This document shows, piece after piece, positions 24,427 to 33,940 of a DNA stretch of 64,000 nt (its first letter is position 1; every line of letters starts with the position of its first letter). Under the pieces are notes generated by a model, which was not told the DNA's origin, did not search any database, and saw only the letters and a list, made by a program, of their open reading frames with translations. Origin of the DNA: Gemmatimonadaceae bacterium (GTDB taxonomy: Bacteria > Gemmatimonadota > Gemmatimonadetes > Gemmatimonadales > Gemmatimonadaceae); the NCBI GenBank assembly GCA_045803975.1, contig JBJMOA010000194.1, positions 1,191 through 65,190 of the forward strand. The letters are read 5' to 3'. The position numbers and the translations under genes are program-made.

Positions 24427-25073
24427 CTGCCGACGAGGAGAAAATATCCTGGCGCTCGCGCGCGATCGCCGTGCTCGGCACTGCGTTTCTTCGCGCGCTG
24501 GGTCGCACCTGGAGATTCAAAGTCTTGAATCCGGATGCTGTATCGAGTCTGCGTTCAGCGCGGCAACCTTTTATTTTCGCCCTCTGGCATGGCCATCTGC
24601 TGCCGCTTCTCTGGTACCACCGGGAGGAGGGGGTAGCGGTTCTAATTAGTGAGCATCGCGACGGCGAGCTCGTAGCTCGTGCTGCCAAGTCGCTCGGCTT
24701 CGCTCTTATCAGAGGCTCCACGACGCGCGGCGCCGAGCGGGCGCTCATTTCGCTCGTGAGGGAGCTTCAGTCCGGAGGCGAAGTCGCCATCACCCCCGAT
24801 GGACCGCGTGGTCCAGCCGGCAGGTTTGCTCCCGGCGCACTCGTGGCCGCTCAGCGCTCGGGCGCGCCGATCGTTCCCGTGGCATCAAGTGCTGACCGTG
24901 CGTGGCGCCTAAAAAGCTGGGATCAGTTCATGATACCGAAACCATTCGCGCGTGTCACCGTGTGCTACGGAAATCCCGCGAGGGTGAACGCGGGCACCCC
25001 GCGCGCCGCGGCAGACGAAGCTCCCAGGTTCGAAGCTCTAATGAACGAAGTATCGCGGATGGCGGGTGGCTGA
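24423..25073 (+). CDS. DUF374-type lysophospholipid-acyltransferase-like protein
   Basis: FALWHGHLLPL...SEHRDGE...RGSTTRGG-like...ITPDGPRGP pattern, typical of the DUF374 domain usually linked to Kdo transferase genes. Confidence 0.65.
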   Translation: MTADEEKISWRSRAIAVLGTAFLRALGRTWRFKVLNPDAVSSLRSARQPFIFALWHGHLLPLLWYHREEGVAVLISEHRDGELVARAAKSLGFALIRGSTTRGAERALISLVRELQSGGEVAITPDGPRGPAGRFAPGALVAAQRSGAPIVPVASSADRAWRLKSWDQFMIPKPFARVTVCYGNPARVNAGTPRAAADEAPRFEALMNEVSRMAGG

Positions 25074-26094
25074 TCGCCGCAGAACGCTCGAGACGATTTG
25101 GTCGGGACGCGGCGCGAGAGCCCGCGCTCTGCGTGCGCTGCTCGCCCCAGCGGAAGCGCTATACACCGCAGTCGTCAAAGTGCGAGGCATGTTGTATGAC
25201 CGAGGAATCTTGCGGGCGGAACAATTTTCCGTCCCGGTACTGAGCATCGGCAATCTTACTGTCGGAGGCACCGGCAAAACCCCGGTTGCCGCGTGGTTCG
25301 CGCGTCAATTCGTCGAACGCGGTGTAACGCCAGCCGTAGTCCTGCGCGGTTACGGCGGCGACGAGATCAGCGTACACGAAAAACTGAACCAGGGAATTCC
25401 AGTTATCGCCGCCGTCGATCGCGCGCGCGGCATTCGCGACGCGATCGCGCACGGTGTTGGTGTCGTCGTACTCGACGATGCATTTCAACATCGGAGAGCC
25501 AGCCGCGATGCGGATGTGGTGCTGATGAACGCCGACGCGTGGACTGGAAAGCCACGGCTCCTTCCCGCCGGACCCTTTCGTGAGCCGTTGTCCTCGGCGC
25601 GTCGCGCAACTCTCGCGATCGTGACGCGCAAAACGGCCGATAGAGGCGCGGTCGACGATGTGCGGCGAGCGCTGGCGAATGTCGCCCCGCAGGTGCCCGT
25701 CGCGATCGCATCGCTGATCCCCGAGCTCTTGATCAGCACCGCAACCGGACAGACGCTGCCGCTGCATGTCTTGCAGGGAGCGGATCTGACGGCGATTGCG
25801 GGGATCGCGAAACCCGACTCCTTTTTCAAGCAACTGACGGAACTTGGCGCGATCGTCAGGCCATTCAGTTTCCCCGACCATCACGCATTCACGCGTGCTG
25901 AGGCCGCGAATCTGGCGACGCTGGCGAACAAATCAGATTTCGCCGTTTGCACTCTCAAAGATGCAGTGAAGCTGGAGTCTCTGTGGCCTGCCGAAGCAGG
26001 GTCATTATGGTATGTTTCACAGCGTTTGCGAATCGACGACGGTCAAGCACATATCGACCGGCTGCTCGAGGATTTGTTGTCCTCCGCGCCGTAG
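25066..26094 (+). CDS. lpxK: Tetraacyldisaccharide 4'-kinase
   Basis: P-loop [17 protein letters not shown] and DDAFQH motifs. Confidence 0.9.
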   Translation: MADRRRTLETIWSGRGARARALRALLAPAEALYTAVVKVRGMLYDRGILRAEQFSVPVLSIGNLTVGGTGKTPVAAWFARQFVERGVTPAVVLRGYGGDEISVHEKLNQGIPVIAAVDRARGIRDAIAHGVGVVVLDDAFQHRRASRDADVVLMNADAWTGKPRLLPAGPFREPLSSARRATLAIVTRKTADRGAVDDVRRALANVAPQVPVAIASLIPELLISTATGQTLPLHVLQGADLTAIAGIAKPDSFFKQLTELGAIVRPFSFPDHHAFTRAEAANLATLANKSDFAVCTLKDAVKLESLWPAEAGSLWYVSQRLRIDDGQAHIDRLLEDLLSSAP

Positions 26095-26129
26095 ACTTTG
26101 ATCCAGAGAGAATATTTCCACACGAACTC

Positions 26130-27437
26130 ATGGCCACTGATTATCGAATTCCTGCGAACAAGCTGGTCCGTCCCGATAAAGATCGTTTCCTCGATGAGGA
26201 GAACCCGTTTGAGGCAATGATGTCCAGGTTCGACAAGGCAGCCGAGCTGCTCGATCTCGAACCCGGGCTGTACAAAGTACTGCGGCAGGCGGAGAAGCAG
26301 GTGATCGTTTCCATTCCGGTGATGATGGACAATGGTCAGGTCGATGTCTTCGAAGGGTACCGAGTGCTCTACAACACGTCGCGTGGCCCGGCAAAAGGCG
26401 GCATCCGGTTCGACATGCAGGTGACGCTCGAAGAGGTCAAAGCACTTGCCGCGTGGATGACGTGGAAATGCGCAGTCGTGAACATTCCATTCGGCGGCGC
26501 GAAAGGCGGAGTGAGATGCGACCCACTTGCCATGAGCGCGGCGGAGCTCGAGAAGCTGACGCGTCGTTATACGTCCGGAATCATCAATATGCTCGGTCCC
26601 GATTCCGACGTGCCGGCGCCAGACGTAAATACCAACGAGCGAGTGATGGCCTGGGTGATGGACACCTACTCGATGCACGTTGGACATACGACCACGGCTG
26701 TCGTGACGGGAAAACCCGTCGAGCTCGGTGGGTCTCTTGGGAGACGCGAAGCCACTGGCCGCGGCTGCATGATCGTAACGAAAGAGGCGCTGAAGCATCT
26801 CGGAATGCCGGTGAAGGGAACGACGGTCTCCGTTCAGGGATTCGGAAATGTTGGATCTGTCGCCGCCCAGCTCCTCGCGCGCGAAGGCTGCAAGATCGTG
26901 GCGATCGGTGACCGTTCATTGTCTCTTTACAACAAGAGCGGGATCGACATCGACGACGCAATAGCACATGTGAAGAAGCATCGCTCGCTCGAAGGCTACA
27001 ACAAGGGCGACGCGATTTCGGGCGCCGATCTACTGACACTGGATGTCGACGTGCTGGTGCCGGCCGCGCTGGAGAATGTCATCACGACGCGAAACGCGGG
27101 GGACATCAAGGCTCGCATCATCTGCGAGGGTGCGAATGGGCCGACAACCGCGGCTGCAGACTCGATCCTCGACGAAAACGGGATCTTCGTCATTCCCGAC
27201 ATTCTTGCCAATGCTGGTGGAGTGACCGTCTCGTACTTCGAGTGGGTGCAGGATCGCGGCGGGTACTTCTGGCCCGAGGATCTCGTCAACGAACGTCTCG
27301 AGACAATCATGAAGCGAAGCTTTCAGGATGTGCTCGATCTGTCGCGCGAGCGGCGCGTCAACATGCGGACGGCTTCCTACATGCTCTCGATAAACAGGGT
27401 CGCGAGCGTCCACAAACTACGCGGCATCTACGCGTAG
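26130..27437 (+). CDS. gdh: Glutamate dehydrogenase (Glu/Leu/Phe/Val dehydrogenase family)
   Basis: PAKGGIRF, catalytic FGGAKGG, Rossmann GFGNVG. The ATG at 26130 is chosen; the track extension back to 25947 overlaps lpxK. Confidence 0.9.
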   Translation: MATDYRIPANKLVRPDKDRFLDEENPFEAMMSRFDKAAELLDLEPGLYKVLRQAEKQVIVSIPVMMDNGQVDVFEGYRVLYNTSRGPAKGGIRFDMQVTLEEVKALAAWMTWKCAVVNIPFGGAKGGVRCDPLAMSAAELEKLTRRYTSGIINMLGPDSDVPAPDVNTNERVMAWVMDTYSMHVGHTTTAVVTGKPVELGGSLGRREATGRGCMIVTKEALKHLGMPVKGTTVSVQGFGNVGSVAAQLLAREGCKIVAIGDRSLSLYNKSGIDIDDAIAHVKKHRSLEGYNKGDAISGADLLTLDVDVLVPAALENVITTRNAGDIKARIICEGANGPTTAAADSILDENGIFVIPDILANAGGVTVSYFEWVQDRGGYFWPEDLVNERLETIMKRSFQDVLDLSRERRVNMRTASYMLSINRVASVHKLRGIYA

Positions 27438-27902
27438 ATGCGACTGGTCGTCGCCGTCGTAGGCAAGGCGCGCAACGTGGCGCTGGGCGAAGCGATCCGG
27501 GATTACGAGGCACGAGCGGCGCGGTATTGGCCGCTCGACGTGCATGAAGTCCGCGAAGAACGAGCAGGTGGCCTGCCGGTGGAAAAGGTAAAGGAACGCG
27601 AGGGCGCGCGGCTCTCCGACAAAATCCCTGAGCGTGCGCAGAAGATTGCATGCGAGGTTGGCGGCAAGTCACTGAGCTCGACACAGTTTGCCGAATTTCT
27701 GCAGACGGCACGCGAGCAGGACCGGGATCTCGCCTTTCTGATTGGCGGCGCGTTTGGACTCGCCAGCGATGTAACAAGCGGAGCCAACATGCGCTTGTCA
27801 CTCGCTCCGTGGACGCTGCCGCACGAGATTGCCCGCCTCGTGCTGGTCGAGCAGATCTACCGCGCAGGGACGATCGTGCGCGGCGAGCCGTATAACAAGT
27901 GA
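27438..27902 (+). CDS. rlmH: 23S rRNA (pseudouridine1915-N3)-methyltransferase RlmH (SPOUT)
   Basis: 154 aa, with VGKARN...Y..R and C-terminal LSLAPWTLPHEIARLVLVEQIYRA. Confidence 0.88.
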   Translation: MRLVVAVVGKARNVALGEAIRDYEARAARYWPLDVHEVREERAGGLPVEKVKEREGARLSDKIPERAQKIACEVGGKSLSSTQFAEFLQTAREQDRDLAFLIGGAFGLASDVTSGANMRLSLAPWTLPHEIARLVLVEQIYRAGTIVRGEPYNK

Positions 27903-28669
27903 CGAGCTTTCTCAGTGATGTACCGGTGATGCATGCGCCCGGTCCGCAAGAAGCGGATTGGTTCGAGGAATGGTTCGGCGAAGATTACCTCGACATCTAT
28001 CAGCATCGCGATGAGACAGAGGCGGAGCGCGCCATCGAGCTGATCGCGAGCAACGTTACTGGACGCGAGATCAACGCCGTGCTCGATCTCGCCTGTGGCG
28101 CTGGGCGTCACACGAAGGTCTTGCGCGAGCGCTGGTGGACAGTCGGTCTCGATCTATCGATGGCGCTGCTCAAAGTAGCGAGGAGAGAGACCCCGGATGC
28201 GCCGTACGTCCGAGCGGACATGCGCGAGCTTCCGTTCGCCGACGAAAGCTTCGATCTGGTTGTAAACCTTTTTACGAGCTTTGGCTACTTCGAGGACGAC
28301 ACCGAGCATGTGCGCGTGCTCGCCTGTCTCTGCGCCGCGATGCGCCCTGATGCGACCCTTGTGATCGATTTTCTCAATTCGACCCAGGTCCGAAGGGCGC
28401 TGGTGCCGTACGACGAGCGCGTGGAAAACGGAATCACCATCGAACAACGGCGCACGATCAGTCCGGACGACCGGTTCGTAGAAAAGAAGATCAGGCTTCG
28501 TGAGCGCGGCAAGGAGTACATCGAGCGTGTGCGCCTTCTGTCTCCGCGCGACCTCGAATGGATGCTCGATACGGCCGGATTCAATCTCGTCAAAGTGTTC
28601 GGAGATTACGGTGGCGGGAGCTGGTCGGACGAAGCGCCCCGCACAATCCTTTTTGCGAGCCGCCGGTGA
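27899..28669 (+). CDS. Class I SAM-dependent methyltransferase
   Basis: Motif I VLDLACGAGRHT, motif II FDLVVNLF. The stop overlaps the bshC start. Confidence 0.8.
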   Translation: MTSFLSDVPVMHAPGPQEADWFEEWFGEDYLDIYQHRDETEAERAIELIASNVTGREINAVLDLACGAGRHTKVLRERWWTVGLDLSMALLKVARRETPDAPYVRADMRELPFADESFDLVVNLFTSFGYFEDDTEHVRVLACLCAAMRPDATLVIDFLNSTQVRRALVPYDERVENGITIEQRRTISPDDRFVEKKIRLRERGKEYIERVRLLSPRDLEWMLDTAGFNLVKVFGDYGGGSWSDEAPRTILFASRR

Positions 28670-30249
28670 GCGTTCGCGTCATCACCGAGCCGCTGGGCGG
28701 CGCTCCACTCGCAGCTGCCGCCATCTCCGGCAGTACTCCGCGAGGATGGTACGAGTCAATCCCGAGCAATCGTTCAGCCTGGCAAGCTCGAATCGAATCG
28801 GTTCGTTCAGGTTTCGCCGAAGACTGGTTGACCGGGCTCGCGCCGGCTTTCGATGCGACTGGAAAGGCGAAGAGCAGGCTCGAGGCTGTACGCAGCGGCA
28901 GCGGAGTGGTCGTGACTACGGGACAACAGCCGGGCCTTTTCGGTGGGCCGATTTATACGTTATCCAAAGCGCTGAGCGCGCTCGCGCTCGCGGACACGCT
29001 GGAAGAGTCAACCGGCATCCCAGTCGCACCAGTATTCTGGGCGGCGACCGACGACACCGATTTCAGGGAGGCCAGTAGCACTGTCGTCGCGGTTCCCGGC
29101 GGCGCGCAGCTCCTAAGAATCGATCATGTTGAGACGCTGGGCCGCACCATGGCGTCGATGCCGCTGGGCGACGTCTCGGTGCAACTCGAGGCACTGACGC
29201 GGGCAGCCGGCTCGACGCTCGACCAGGTGCCGATCGAGCTGCTCGAACGGTTCTATGGCGGCGAACAGACGGTCGGATCTGCATACGTTGCATTTCTCCG
29301 CGCGTTGTTTGCGCCATTGGGGATTGCCGTCATCGATGCGTCGCACCCTGCGACTCGCGCCGCGGCGAAGCCCGTACTTCTGGCCGCGCTCGGAAAAGCG
29401 GCCGATCTCGCTGCGCGGTTATCGGCGCGCAATCGCGAGATAGAGCAGACCGGATTTGCTGCGCAGGTTCAGGACGTGCCCGGGCTTTCTCTCGTTTTTA
29501 CGTCCGGGTCGGGCGGTCGCAAGCGCATACCAATCAAAGCGGCGGCGAAAAGCGCGGCATCAGACGATATGGGTCCGAATGTGTTGCTTCGCCCTGTAGT
29601 CGAGCGCGCCATACTTCCGACGGCGATGTACATCGGTGGACCCGCTGAGATTGCGTATTTTGCTCAGGTATCCCCGGTTGCAGATGGGCTCGGTCTCGCG
29701 CGCCCAGCGATTGCTCCGCGCTGGTCCTGCACCATTCTCGAACCGCATGTCGACAAAATTCTCGGCAAGCTCGGTCTGCAATCGGACGATCTGCGAGAGC
29801 CGCACGAAGCCGAGGCACGGGTGGCGCGGGGGCGATTACCGAAGCGCGTCCTCGAAGAGCTCGATGCGACACGAGGATTCCTCGAAGAGCGCCTCGAGGA
29901 GTTGAGCGAGGCGATTGGGGAGACCCACACACCGGTGCCTACGACTGTGACCGCTGGGCTGCGGGCTAACTTGACGCGCCGGCTCGATCGGTTCGAGCGG
30001 CGGCTCATCGCGGCCGCCAAGAAACAGAACGCCGACGTCATGCACGAAATTGCGACGGCGCGTGGCTCGCTGTATCCGTTCGGGAAGCGCCAGGAACGTA
30101 CACTCAACTTCGTCCCGCTGCTGGCGCGGTACGGAGCGGAATTGCGTGACGCGATGTTAGCGCAAGCGCGTCTTCACGCGATCGGTCTCCTCACTGGAGG
30201 CGAGGCAGTTGATCTCGAGGTGGCAGGCACAGGCCGGACACGCTCGTGA
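28666..30249 (+). CDS. bshC: Bacillithiol biosynthesis cysteine-adding enzyme BshC
   Basis: Hallmark TGQQPGLFGGPIYTLSKALSALALA, PVFWAATDD, and a coiled-coil C-terminus. The GTG at 28666 is chosen (overlaps the upstream stop). Confidence 0.85.
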   Translation: MSVRVITEPLGGAPLAAAAISGSTPRGWYESIPSNRSAWQARIESVRSGFAEDWLTGLAPAFDATGKAKSRLEAVRSGSGVVVTTGQQPGLFGGPIYTLSKALSALALADTLEESTGIPVAPVFWAATDDTDFREASSTVVAVPGGAQLLRIDHVETLGRTMASMPLGDVSVQLEALTRAAGSTLDQVPIELLERFYGGEQTVGSAYVAFLRALFAPLGIAVIDASHPATRAAAKPVLLAALGKAADLAARLSARNREIEQTGFAAQVQDVPGLSLVFTSGSGGRKRIPIKAAAKSAASDDMGPNVLLRPVVERAILPTAMYIGGPAEIAYFAQVSPVADGLGLARPAIAPRWSCTILEPHVDKILGKLGLQSDDLREPHEAEARVARGRLPKRVLEELDATRGFLEERLEELSEAIGETHTPVPTTVTAGLRANLTRRLDRFERRLIAAAKKQNADVMHEIATARGSLYPFGKRQERTLNFVPLLARYGAELRDAMLAQARLHAIGLLTGGEAVDLEVAGTGRTRS

Positions 30250-31994
30250 ATCACGGGGACGACCTGAAGGAGCCAGGCCGTTCGCTTCCGGAGATTCTTC
30301 CACCCCAAGCGGATGAAGTAACCGAAGCAGCGCGGCCGATCGAGACGCCTACGACAACGCGCGCCGCTCCTGAGACGCGTGATCGCACCAGGGGCGCCGC
30401 ATTTCTCGTTGGGTCCGGCATTCTCCTTAGCCGACTCGCGGGTCTGGTTCGCCAGACATTTATGGCGCGGTACCTGGGCGCCGGCTTCGCGGCCGACGCG
30501 TTCAACGCGGCGTTCCGCATTCCAAATCTTCTGCAGAACCTGTTCGGGGAAGGCGTGCTCTCGGCGTCGTTCATCCCCGCATACGCCGGCCTGCTCGGCA
30601 AAGGCGACGAGCGCGAGGCGACCCGATTAGCCGGGGCGGTTGCAGGAATGTTGGCGCTCGTTGCGTCCGTGCTAGTCCTGCTCGGCGTTCTCAGCGCGCC
30701 GTGGCTGGTTGCCGTGATCGCGAACGGATTCACGGGCGAGAAACGAGAGTTGACGGTCCTTCTGACGCGAATTCTTTTCCCCGGGGCCGGGCTGCTGGTG
30801 TTCTCCGCCTGGTGTTTGGGAATCCTGAACAGCCACCGCCGGTTCTTTATGTCGTATGCCGCCGGCGTGGTGTGGAATGCGGCGATGGTCGCCACACTCT
30901 TGTTTTTCCACACTGGACGTACAGAGACGCGACTCTCAATCTACCTCGCGTACGGCTCGGTCGTTGGCAGCGCCCTGCAATTCGGTGTGCAGCTCCCGCA
31001 GGTTCTCGCGCTCGCGCGTGGGGTGCGACCGCGCTTGACGGCTGCCGCGGAAAGCGTCCGAACCGTATTCCGAAACTTCGTACCTGCGTTCATCGGGCGA
31101 GGCGTAGTACAAATCAGCGCCTATGTCGACGCGTGGCTGGCGAGCTATTTGGGAAACGGCGCTGTGTCCTCGTTCAGCTACGCGCAGACTATTTACGTAC
31201 TCCCGATCAGCCTGTTCGGCATGGCAATCTCCGCCGCCGAACTGCCGACGATGTCACGCGCAACCGGGACGTCCGCTGAGATTGGCGGCTATCTCCGGGG
31301 ACGCCTGACCGCTGGGCTCGATCGCATCGCTTATTTCATCGTCCCTAGTGCTGTCGCGCTCTTCGCACTTGGAGACCTGATCGTCCACCTGTTGTTCGAG
31401 AGCGGACGATTCCAACGCGGAAACACGATCTGGGTCTGGCAGATTCTGATCGGTTCGACGGTCGGAATCCTTGCGTCGACGATGGGGCGGCTGTACTCCT
31501 CGACATTTTACGCGCTGCGCGACACGCGCACACCCCTGCGCTATGCTGTTGTGCGTGTTGTGCTCACGACCGCGCTCGGATACTTCTTTGCGCTCGTGCT
31601 TCCGGGATTGCTCGACGTCGACCGCAAATTGGGCGCGGCTGGCCTTACAGCGTCGGCGGGCATCGCGGGATGGGTTGAGTTTTATCTGTTGCGACGAGGC
31701 ATAGACGAAAGAATTGGCCGCACTCGGCTCGTTCCGGCGCGAATGGCGCGGCTATGGGCCTCAGCGATCATCGCGGCAGCGATCCCCTGGGCTTACAAAC
31801 TCGTGATCGATCGCAGTGCCCCAATGCTGTCAGCGCACGAGACAATCGTACGGACTAAACTCGCGGCGCTGCTCCTTCTCGCTGTCTATGGACTGGCTTA
31901 CGTCGCGCTCACCATGGCGTTCGGAATTCCCGAAGCGCGAACGGTAATCAATCGAGGCAGGGGATTGCTCAGGCGGGCGCGCTCCGCAGGGTGA
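30246..31994 (+). CDS. murJ: Lipid II flippase MurJ (MviN)
   Basis: LSRLAGLVRQ...ADAFNAAFRIPNLLQNLFGEGVLSASFIP and ~14 TM segments. Confidence 0.9.
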   Translation: MNHGDDLKEPGRSLPEILPPQADEVTEAARPIETPTTTRAAPETRDRTRGAAFLVGSGILLSRLAGLVRQTFMARYLGAGFAADAFNAAFRIPNLLQNLFGEGVLSASFIPAYAGLLGKGDEREATRLAGAVAGMLALVASVLVLLGVLSAPWLVAVIANGFTGEKRELTVLLTRILFPGAGLLVFSAWCLGILNSHRRFFMSYAAGVVWNAAMVATLLFFHTGRTETRLSIYLAYGSVVGSALQFGVQLPQVLALARGVRPRLTAAAESVRTVFRNFVPAFIGRGVVQISAYVDAWLASYLGNGAVSSFSYAQTIYVLPISLFGMAISAAELPTMSRATGTSAEIGGYLRGRLTAGLDRIAYFIVPSAVALFALGDLIVHLLFESGRFQRGNTIWVWQILIGSTVGILASTMGRLYSSTFYALRDTRTPLRYAVVRVVLTTALGYFFALVLPGLLDVDRKLGAAGLTASAGIAGWVEFYLLRRGIDERIGRTRLVPARMARLWASAIIAAAIPWAYKLVIDRSAPMLSAHETIVRTKLAALLLLAVYGLAYVALTMAFGIPEARTVINRGRGLLRRARSAG

Positions 31995-32025
31995 ACCAGT
32001 CTTTCCGCGCATGGTATAATTACAC

Positions 32026-33846
32026 ATGCTGCCCGTTCCCGATGCTGTTGCAACTAAACTCGCGCACCTCCCGGATGGACCTGGCGTCTATCTGTGGAAG
32101 GGCAGCGACGGGAGCATCCTTTACGTCGGCAAGGCAAAGCGGCTGAGATCGCGCGTACGCAGCTACTTCGCCAACGATCAGCTGGAAAGCATCAAGACAC
32201 GTCATCTCGTCGGTTTGATTGCCGACCTCGAGACAATCGTGGTGCCAAGCGAAGCGCATGCGCTCATCCTTGAGGCAAATCTGATCAAGGAATATCGACC
32301 CCGCTTCAACATCGCGCTCCGTGACGACAAGTCCTATCCGTATATCAAAGTCACGGTTCAAGAGCCGTTTCCTCGAGTGTTCGTGACCAGACGACTCGAA
32401 GACGACGGCGCCGAGTACTTCGGGCCGTACACCGATGTCGGTACGATGCGACGATCGCTCAACGTCGTTAAAAAGATTTTCACCGTCAGAAGCTGCAACT
32501 ACGACATGCCGGCGCAAATGCCCGAGCGCCCGTGCCTCGACTACTACATCAAACGCTGCAAAGCGCCATGCATTCTGGCTCAATCGCAGCACGACTATCG
32601 GGCAATGATCGACGAGGTGGTCCTCTTTCTTTCCGGCAGGCCGGACGAGGTCGTGCGGCGTGTAAGAGAGCGGATGGATCTCGCCGCCGAGCAGCTCGAC
32701 TTCGAACGAGCTGCTGAACTGCGCGACGTTCTGCATCATCTCGAGCAGATGGAGGAGCCGACAGTAGTGCTCGAGGTCGAGGGCGGCGATCGGGATGTAA
32801 TCGGCTACGCACGGGACGGGGACGATGCCTGCGTAACCGTGCTTCGCATCAGAAGTGGAAAGCTCCTGTCGCGCGAGCAGCGCTTCCTCACCAACATAGA
32901 TGGTGAAGACGACGCCGACGTCCTGACGGTGTTTCTCGCGGGTAGCTATGTGGGGATGCAGGAAAAGGCGCGCCAGCTCTTGCTACCGTTCGATTTCCCC
33001 GACCGGGAGCTGATCGAACAGAGTCTGCCCGACAGCAGGATCCAGATTCCCCAGCGTGGCCCGCGACGCGACCTCATCGCGCTGGCGGAGCAAAACGCGC
33101 GGCATCTGCTCGAGGAGCTCAAGCTGTCGTCGATGGAGGCGGAAGAGCGGGCAGGGGATCCAGTCTACGAGCTCGGTCGGGAGCTTGGTCTGCAGCGCCT
33201 GCCTCGTTCGCTCGTGTGCTTCGACATATCGACGACGCAGGGAACAGATACAGTCGGCTCGTGTGTGTGGTTCGAGAATGGGCGTCCGAAGCGCGCCGAG
33301 TATCGGAAGTTCCGCGTGAAAACGGTGGAAGGCACCGACGACTTTGCGTCTATGGGGGAAGTAGTCCGTCGCTATTTCGAGCGTCGAGTGCAGGAAGGGA
33401 AGTCGTTGCCCGATCTAATCGTGATCGATGGCGGAAAGGGTCAGCTTTCGGCTGCCCACAGCGTGCTCGCGGAACTTGGCTTGGGAGAGCGTCCCCTGAT
33501 CAGTCTGGCGAAGCGCGAGGAAGAGATTTTCGTCTGGGGCAGGACGGACCCGCTCAGGTTGTCGCGCCGATCGCCGGGCCTCCGCCTGCTGCAGCAAGCG
33601 CGCGACGAGGCGCATCGCTTTGCGGTGACGTACAACCGGAAGCGAAGATCGATGCGTACCGTCACCTCCGAGCTGCTCAAGGTTCCGGGCATTGGTCCTG
33701 TCAAACGCCGCCAGTTACTCAAAGAATTTGGCAGCGTCCAGGGCGTTCGCGAGGCTGGCGCCGAGGCCATCGCTAAGCTCCCGGGGTTCAACCCGGAACG
33801 CGCACGGAAGCTCCTGGAGTCATTGGCCGCGACGTCGCCAGTGTGA
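32026..33846 (+). CDS. uvrC: Excinuclease ABC subunit C
   Basis: GIY-YIG (GVYLWKG...ILYVGKAKRLRSRVRSYF), UVR motif (FERAAELRD), endonuclease V-like domain and a C-terminal (HhH)2. Confidence 0.95.
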   Translation: MLPVPDAVATKLAHLPDGPGVYLWKGSDGSILYVGKAKRLRSRVRSYFANDQLESIKTRHLVGLIADLETIVVPSEAHALILEANLIKEYRPRFNIALRDDKSYPYIKVTVQEPFPRVFVTRRLEDDGAEYFGPYTDVGTMRRSLNVVKKIFTVRSCNYDMPAQMPERPCLDYYIKRCKAPCILAQSQHDYRAMIDEVVLFLSGRPDEVVRRVRERMDLAAEQLDFERAAELRDVLHHLEQMEEPTVVLEVEGGDRDVIGYARDGDDACVTVLRIRSGKLLSREQRFLTNIDGEDDADVLTVFLAGSYVGMQEKARQLLLPFDFPDRELIEQSLPDSRIQIPQRGPRRDLIALAEQNARHLLEELKLSSMEAEERAGDPVYELGRELGLQRLPRSLVCFDISTTQGTDTVGSCVWFENGRPKRAEYRKFRVKTVEGTDDFASMGEVVRRYFERRVQEGKSLPDLIVIDGGKGQLSAAHSVLAELGLGERPLISLAKREEEIFVWGRTDPLRLSRRSPGLRLLQQARDEAHRFAVTYNRKRRSMRTVTSELLKVPGIGPVKRRQLLKEFGSVQGVREAGAEAIAKLPGFNPERARKLLESLAATSPV

Positions 33847-33903
33847 CGCCCGGAAAAGATGCGCTGTCACTGCGAATCGATGGAGCTAAACTTCGGTAGT
33901 TCC

Positions 33904-33931
33904 TTGATTTCGCTCTCTTTAGCTCTAAATT
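33904..33931 (+). promoter_or_regulatory. Candidate sigma70-type promoter giving a near-leaderless DUF512 transcript
   Basis: TTGATT (33904-33909), 16-nt spacer, TAAATT (33926-33931), within a local AT-rich patch. The ATG at 33941 lies only 9 nt after the -10 element and has no SD. This is pattern match only. Confidence 0.3.
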
Positions 33932-33940
33932 ACTTGAGCT

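Noticed and set aside
32020-32739. 239-aa ORF antisense to the 5' part of uvrC
   Set aside because: UvrC motifs (GIY-YIG) occupy the other strand. This is an antisense artefact.
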